Assembly: GCA_034780895.1 (NCBI GenBank)
Contig: JAUZTB010000072.1
Location: 13,789,150-13,853,149, forward strand
Reading direction: 5' to 3'
Source of the DNA: Rhynchobatus australiae
Lineage: Eukaryota
Length of the DNA stretch: 64,000 nt
Below the pieces are notes generated by a model. The model saw only the letters and a program-made list of their open reading frames with translations, did not search any database and was not told the DNA's origin. Below are positions 59,500 through 64,000 of this stretch, one piece after another. Each line of letters begins with the position of its first letter. Positions within the stretch are counted from its first letter, which is position 1. The translations under genes and the position numbers were made by a program.

Positions 59500-60115
59500 T
59501 CACTTTCCACATCTCATGAAGACCAATATCAGTGATGAAACACACCCCCTCCTCCAGTGTCCCAGCTCAGTCCTCGGCCGATGGAGGAAGAGGGCGTTCA
59601 CAAACTGAGATCACGTACCCAGAACCGAATGTCATGACTCAATGCCAGTGCCTTCCCCCAGGCCCCAGTGTCCCCACCATGGAGGCTCTGGACACACTCA
59701 ACCTGGTGGGTGGACCACATCATCCACATGTTGGACACCAGGGTCCCTAAACTCTCTCCTCTGAGCTCCATCACAGCACGATGTTACTGAGGAGACAGAG
59801 GAGACGCCCTGTGTGCATTCTCAAAGGCTCCTTGAGAGTACATAACTGGTTCATGGGGACCCCTGGCCTATGACCAATTTAAACAGAGAAGGTGTGTCTG
59901 GGAATGCATGGATTCCTTATGTCTCCATGGAAACCAGGTGCAAACAGTGGACAGAGGACACACATCCTGAACCACACCTGGCCCATCCAGCACCTCCTGC
60001 CCCACCTGAGTCAGAGTCTTCAGATCCCACGTAGATTTTCAACCACCTTACAACCCACAGAAATGGAGTCGAAGCAAGTCATCGCTGACCCTGAGGGACT
60101 ACCTAAGAAGATAAA
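59500..60115 (+). mobile_element. RTE-clade LINE 3' remnant
   Basis: Decayed PTMEALDTLNL/WVDHIIHMLDTRVPK and a 3' end gaagcaagtcatcgctgaccctgagggactacctaagaaga. A similar 3' end lies at about 50395-50445. Confidence 0.65.
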
Positions 60116-62169
60116 TAACATTGTGTAATGTTACTAGGCAACACTGTACACTCGTCAGGAATAGACACAATATTTGACCTTTCATTAACTTGATAAACTG
60201 GCTGTTGCGGTCAGTTCCATGTATTTATAGGACTGGAGGTCTGGTAACTGTGCTCTCAGTAATATATCCCAGCCTGCTTCTGGATTAATTTACAATGCAA
60301 TAGGAAAAAAAGAGACAGGTTTTAATGATGTAATTGAAGACAGCCTTATCCAAGTTATGTGTGTGCACAACACTAACATATAAATTCTACATAGGCTTCG
60401 CTGTTCAGCTAATAAATATACTTCCAGCCCGGCATTCAGATGTAAGGCTAAATTCAGTATCGTCAGCACAAGGTTGCGTAGATCAGAGGATATGTGTCTC
60501 TGTGCTATGCTGCCCTTGAATGCCAGCAGTGCTGAGTGACAGCATCCTTGAGAGACAAGGAAAATTCCGCTCCTGATTCCCTCGCCTTGTGCTAGTTAGC
60601 TACTATTGTCCTATTCCTGACCTCTGTCCAAGGATTCCTGCTGGAAAGTTGGCATACATGGATATTAGGTGAGGAGAGGATTAAACCCAATGACTGAAGA
60701 CCTTACAAGGACAGAAAGTGCAGTCTTTCAAGTACTGAATGAACTCCTGGAGACCTTCTCACTGAGAGGACATGTTAGGAATGTGTTGGTAGCTCTCGAT
60801 CAATATTCACTGGAAAATCACGCTGTGGACATCTGTGAGTAGTTTTCTTTAGACACCTTACATAAGCTAACTTTAGACATTTATTAAATCTATAAAACAT
60901 TATAACCAAACAAATGCATCCATTGTTCTCCTAAGAAGGATACTTATGAAACTAAGAGCGATGCTTTTTAGTTTTGAGTAACAAAGAAAACCCATCAACA
61001 TCCCAAATGTATACGTTTCATTAAAATTGGCTTAGCAGCTGTTCAGTTCAGACACATTAAAATGATAATGGGTGAGGACTCTAGCATTTGGATTCCCTGC
61101 TGCAGTATTTTGTTATGAGCCATTCCCAGGATGTCATTTGCAGTGGTTCAGGCTGCACACAACTTCATGTGCGCCAAATTCTTCCCTTCGCTATTGCAGA
61201 GCAAGTGGAGGATTCGTGTAGGTGTTGGTTCACTGGTCATGGGCTGGAAGGGGACCACAATGGAGTGAGGCATGGGGAGGTCAGAGCTATACTTGGGAGA
61301 GAAGTATGGGAGCTCCACTTGGAGGCTGAGCCCGACGGTTGGGTTTGGGCTGTGGTGATGGAGTCCTGTGAAGGTTGGGCCAGAGTCACGATTGGTCGCT
61401 GCAGGGTCGGTGTTGGGATTGTGATCAAACCAGGGTCAGCCGGGGGATGAAAGCAGACCACAGTGAAGGACTGGCGGTTGGAATGGGAGCAAGGGGTAAC
61501 TTTTTAATTTAAAGGGGACCTACTGTAGGTAGTTCCAGTTGGCAGACTTCACAGGCTAGGGCGTGGTCAGGGTCAGGCTGGTCCATTCAAGTTGATCTGA
61601 CGCAGGACACACATGCATTGTGAAGGCAGGCTATTGGGTGAGTCACCAGTGTCACTCATGGGCCTTGTGTGTCCCAAAGAATTTCACATAAGTGGCATCC
61701 AACTGAACACTGAATGCTGATGTGCAGGTCCGGGTGAGTTTGTGCATCGGTGCATGGTAAGCACCGAGGAACTGCAACAACGTGCATCGAGTATCTGTGG
61801 CAAATTGATAAAATTCTGTTGTGTGGCTCTCAGACAGATGCACCACATCATAACACTTCTAAGCCACCTACTTTGACCACGGGATATTATGTAACACTAG
61901 CATCAACTGCTTTCCTTTGGCAAGCCTTTCATTTCAGTGGTATATCACATGACATGTATTGGCACAAAACTGCTAATGCTGTATCATGCTTCACTTCCTC
62001 CAAGCTTATCTAGGTTCAGTAGTTTTCCATCATGTGTCTAACATGAGAACAGTGCATGCACTCTATAGGAATTACAGACTGATTTTAACTGTTCCCTGTC
62101 AACAGAGCTAACTGGCCTCAGGCTGTTAAAAGTGGGTAACCCTAGCATTGTGATTTTAATTCTCTGCTT

Positions 62170-62585
62170 TTTCTGCCCTGTTCCTGATCCCTGTTCCCCC
62201 ATCCTGTGTTCCTGAACTTGTACCTGAACCTGTTCCTGCTCCTTGTTCCCCAGTCCTGTGTTCTTCATCCCTGTTCCTGAACCTGTTCCCGATCCCCGCT
62301 CCTAAAGCCGTTTCTGACCCCTGTTCCCTTGTCCTGTGTTCCCAATCCCTGTTTCTGATCCCTGTTCTCCTGTCTTGTGTTCCTGATCTCTGTTCCTGAT
62401 CACGGTCCCCCTGTCCCATGTAGTTGGACTTGTTCCTGATCCCTGTTCCTATAAATATTCCTGATCGCTGTTCCCCCATCCCATGTTCCTGGACCCTGTT
62501 CCTGATCCCAGTGCCTATCCTATGCTCCTGAACCCTGTTCTTGCTCTTGTTCCTGATCCCTGTTCCGTGTTTCTGAGCCCTGTTC
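62170..62585. repeat. Degenerate minisatellite built on tgttcctgatccc-like units
   Basis: About 400 bp of recurring ccctgttcctga(t/a)cc variants. It explains the repetitive ORFs at 62038-62587. Confidence 0.9.
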
Positions 62586-64000
62586 AAGATGGCAAGGCTG
62601 GGAAGTAGAAGGCTGCCATATTTAACAGCTGACCTTCAGAGTAATGTTTGTGTAGTGTTTTTGGTTCAGCACCTGGCCACACTTGCAGAGCAGATGATTG
62701 CTGGGCGAAGGAGCCAGGACAGAACCATCGACAACTGAGACGGGGGAGAGACTGAGAGATCGGGGCATTGGAGGGGAGTAGAAAGAGGCTACAGTCATCA
62801 GGAGAGAAAGCCAAGAGGCTTCCCTGAGGAGGACCTCTCCTTCTGCACATGGCCTATTACCTTCCTGTATCAGAAACTCCTGCCACTTCTTCTATTCCAG
62901 GTTACCTGAGCCCTGGCAACTCAGTAGGCTGTAGGTAAATTTAAATCAGGTTCCCAACTGCACTCTGAGACCCGGAGTTTAATATATTCAGTCCTCCCTC
63001 CTCAGAGAGAGATAATAGCATGACATAAACCCTATGCCATAAAATTGGTAGTGAGTATGTATTTGGTGGGTGAGGGAGAGCTTTCCCATTGTAAAGCCTC
63101 TAATATCCCACCTGGACCCTCCCCTGCCCCCAGTGGGTGTTGCTTTTGAGGCCATCATTACCAGGGCCCACCACCAACTGCCTTTCTCCCCTCTTTTGTT
63201 TGAATGTGTCTCCTGAGACAAAAGACTGGCCCCTCTGTTGTGCCCCTGTCTCTTTACTAGATTCCGGGAACACAGCTGATAATGTTAAAATAATGCAAGG
63301 AATAAGTGAGTCAGGATCCAAAAATAGCTCTCAGCACTGACAAAGACAAGTGCTGGACACACAAGGAGGATGGAATTTAAAATGGTGTCAGACAGCAGTA
63401 AGCGGCAACAGCCAGAGTGGGTTGATAAATCATTTTTAATGAACTACTTGGATTGACATTTTCTCTAAATTCACAATTTGCACAGATCTATCTCCTTATG
63501 CTGCACAACTGCTCATGTGTATCTGCAAATTTAATATTAAACACCTTTGAGTTTTAGTTGATAGCATGACTGGCTAATGTTTCTCAAGGAGATGAATAAA
63601 GTAGCTGTAATATTTCAATGAGGAGTCCCAGATAATAAACGTCAGAAGAAAATCATTTCTGATACATTTTTCATTGTTACTGGCTTGAGACAATGCTGTT
63701 CCTAAATAGGCAGCAGTCACATCATCCCCTTTAACCAGCTCAGAGTTTCAGAATGACCTCAGTGAGTGCGATGAATGTTGTTTGGAGGTGACACAGCTGT
63801 GTCGTGGACTGCCCCACTGCACTGTTTCCCTCTCCCTCTCCAAATCCGAAACAAGTGTTGTTTATGAAAGTAACAAAAGTCATCAGCTGGTTAATAGTAC
63901 ACCAGAAAAAAATTCAGCTGCCAACACTGTCATCATGTTTTGCCATCGTCATACTGTTGAAGCTGAAGATGGTGGAACATTCGATCTTTAACAAAGGAAC

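Noticed and set aside
62038-62587. Repetitive G/T/R/N/Q/E-rich ORFs
   Set aside because: By-product of the minisatellite; no splice or promoter context.
60880-64000. Possible 3' end of an upstream minus-strand neighbour (AATAAA at 60880-60885)
   Set aside because: No coding exon of a neighbouring gene is identifiable in the window, and the hexamer alone is not enough.
1-64000. CRISPR arrays, tRNA or rRNA genes, operon-like or defence systems
   Set aside because: This is eukaryotic intron-rich DNA with no regularly spaced repeat-spacer array. The tRNA-like A/B boxes belong to SINE heads.

Overview
Vertebrate genomic DNA, AT-rich, with 15 N-gaps. The repeat content (V/HE1-type and Deu-domain SINEs, CR1, L2, Rex-Babar, RTE, Tx1, Penelope) suggests a cartilaginous fish (inference). 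The window is dominated by one minus-strand gene, PLEKHM2 (SKIP, the ARL8/kinesin-1 lysosome adaptor). It has 20 coding exons from the ATG at 53863 to the TAA at 9119-9121. All visible introns are GT-AG and phase-compatible, giving about 1035 aa; roughly 50 nt of exon 11 fall in a gap. The gene has a CpG-island promoter at about 53.7-54.2 kb. Most other ORFs in the supplied track are transposon debris or noise. I found no convincing multi-gene novel system. The best leads are five gene-level oddities: (1) an isolated 46-nt UBE2G2-like exon with intact splice sites in PLEKHM2 intron 1, which would act as a poison exon if included; (2) a frame-preserving 39-nt candidate cassette exon between the two kinesin-light-chain-binding W-acidic motifs; (3) an out-of-frame uORF overlapping the start codon; (4) a 230-bp fold-back next to a Harbinger transposase remnant; (5) a possible additional 3' exon. 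All homology calls are from recall of protein and repeat families; no searches were run.
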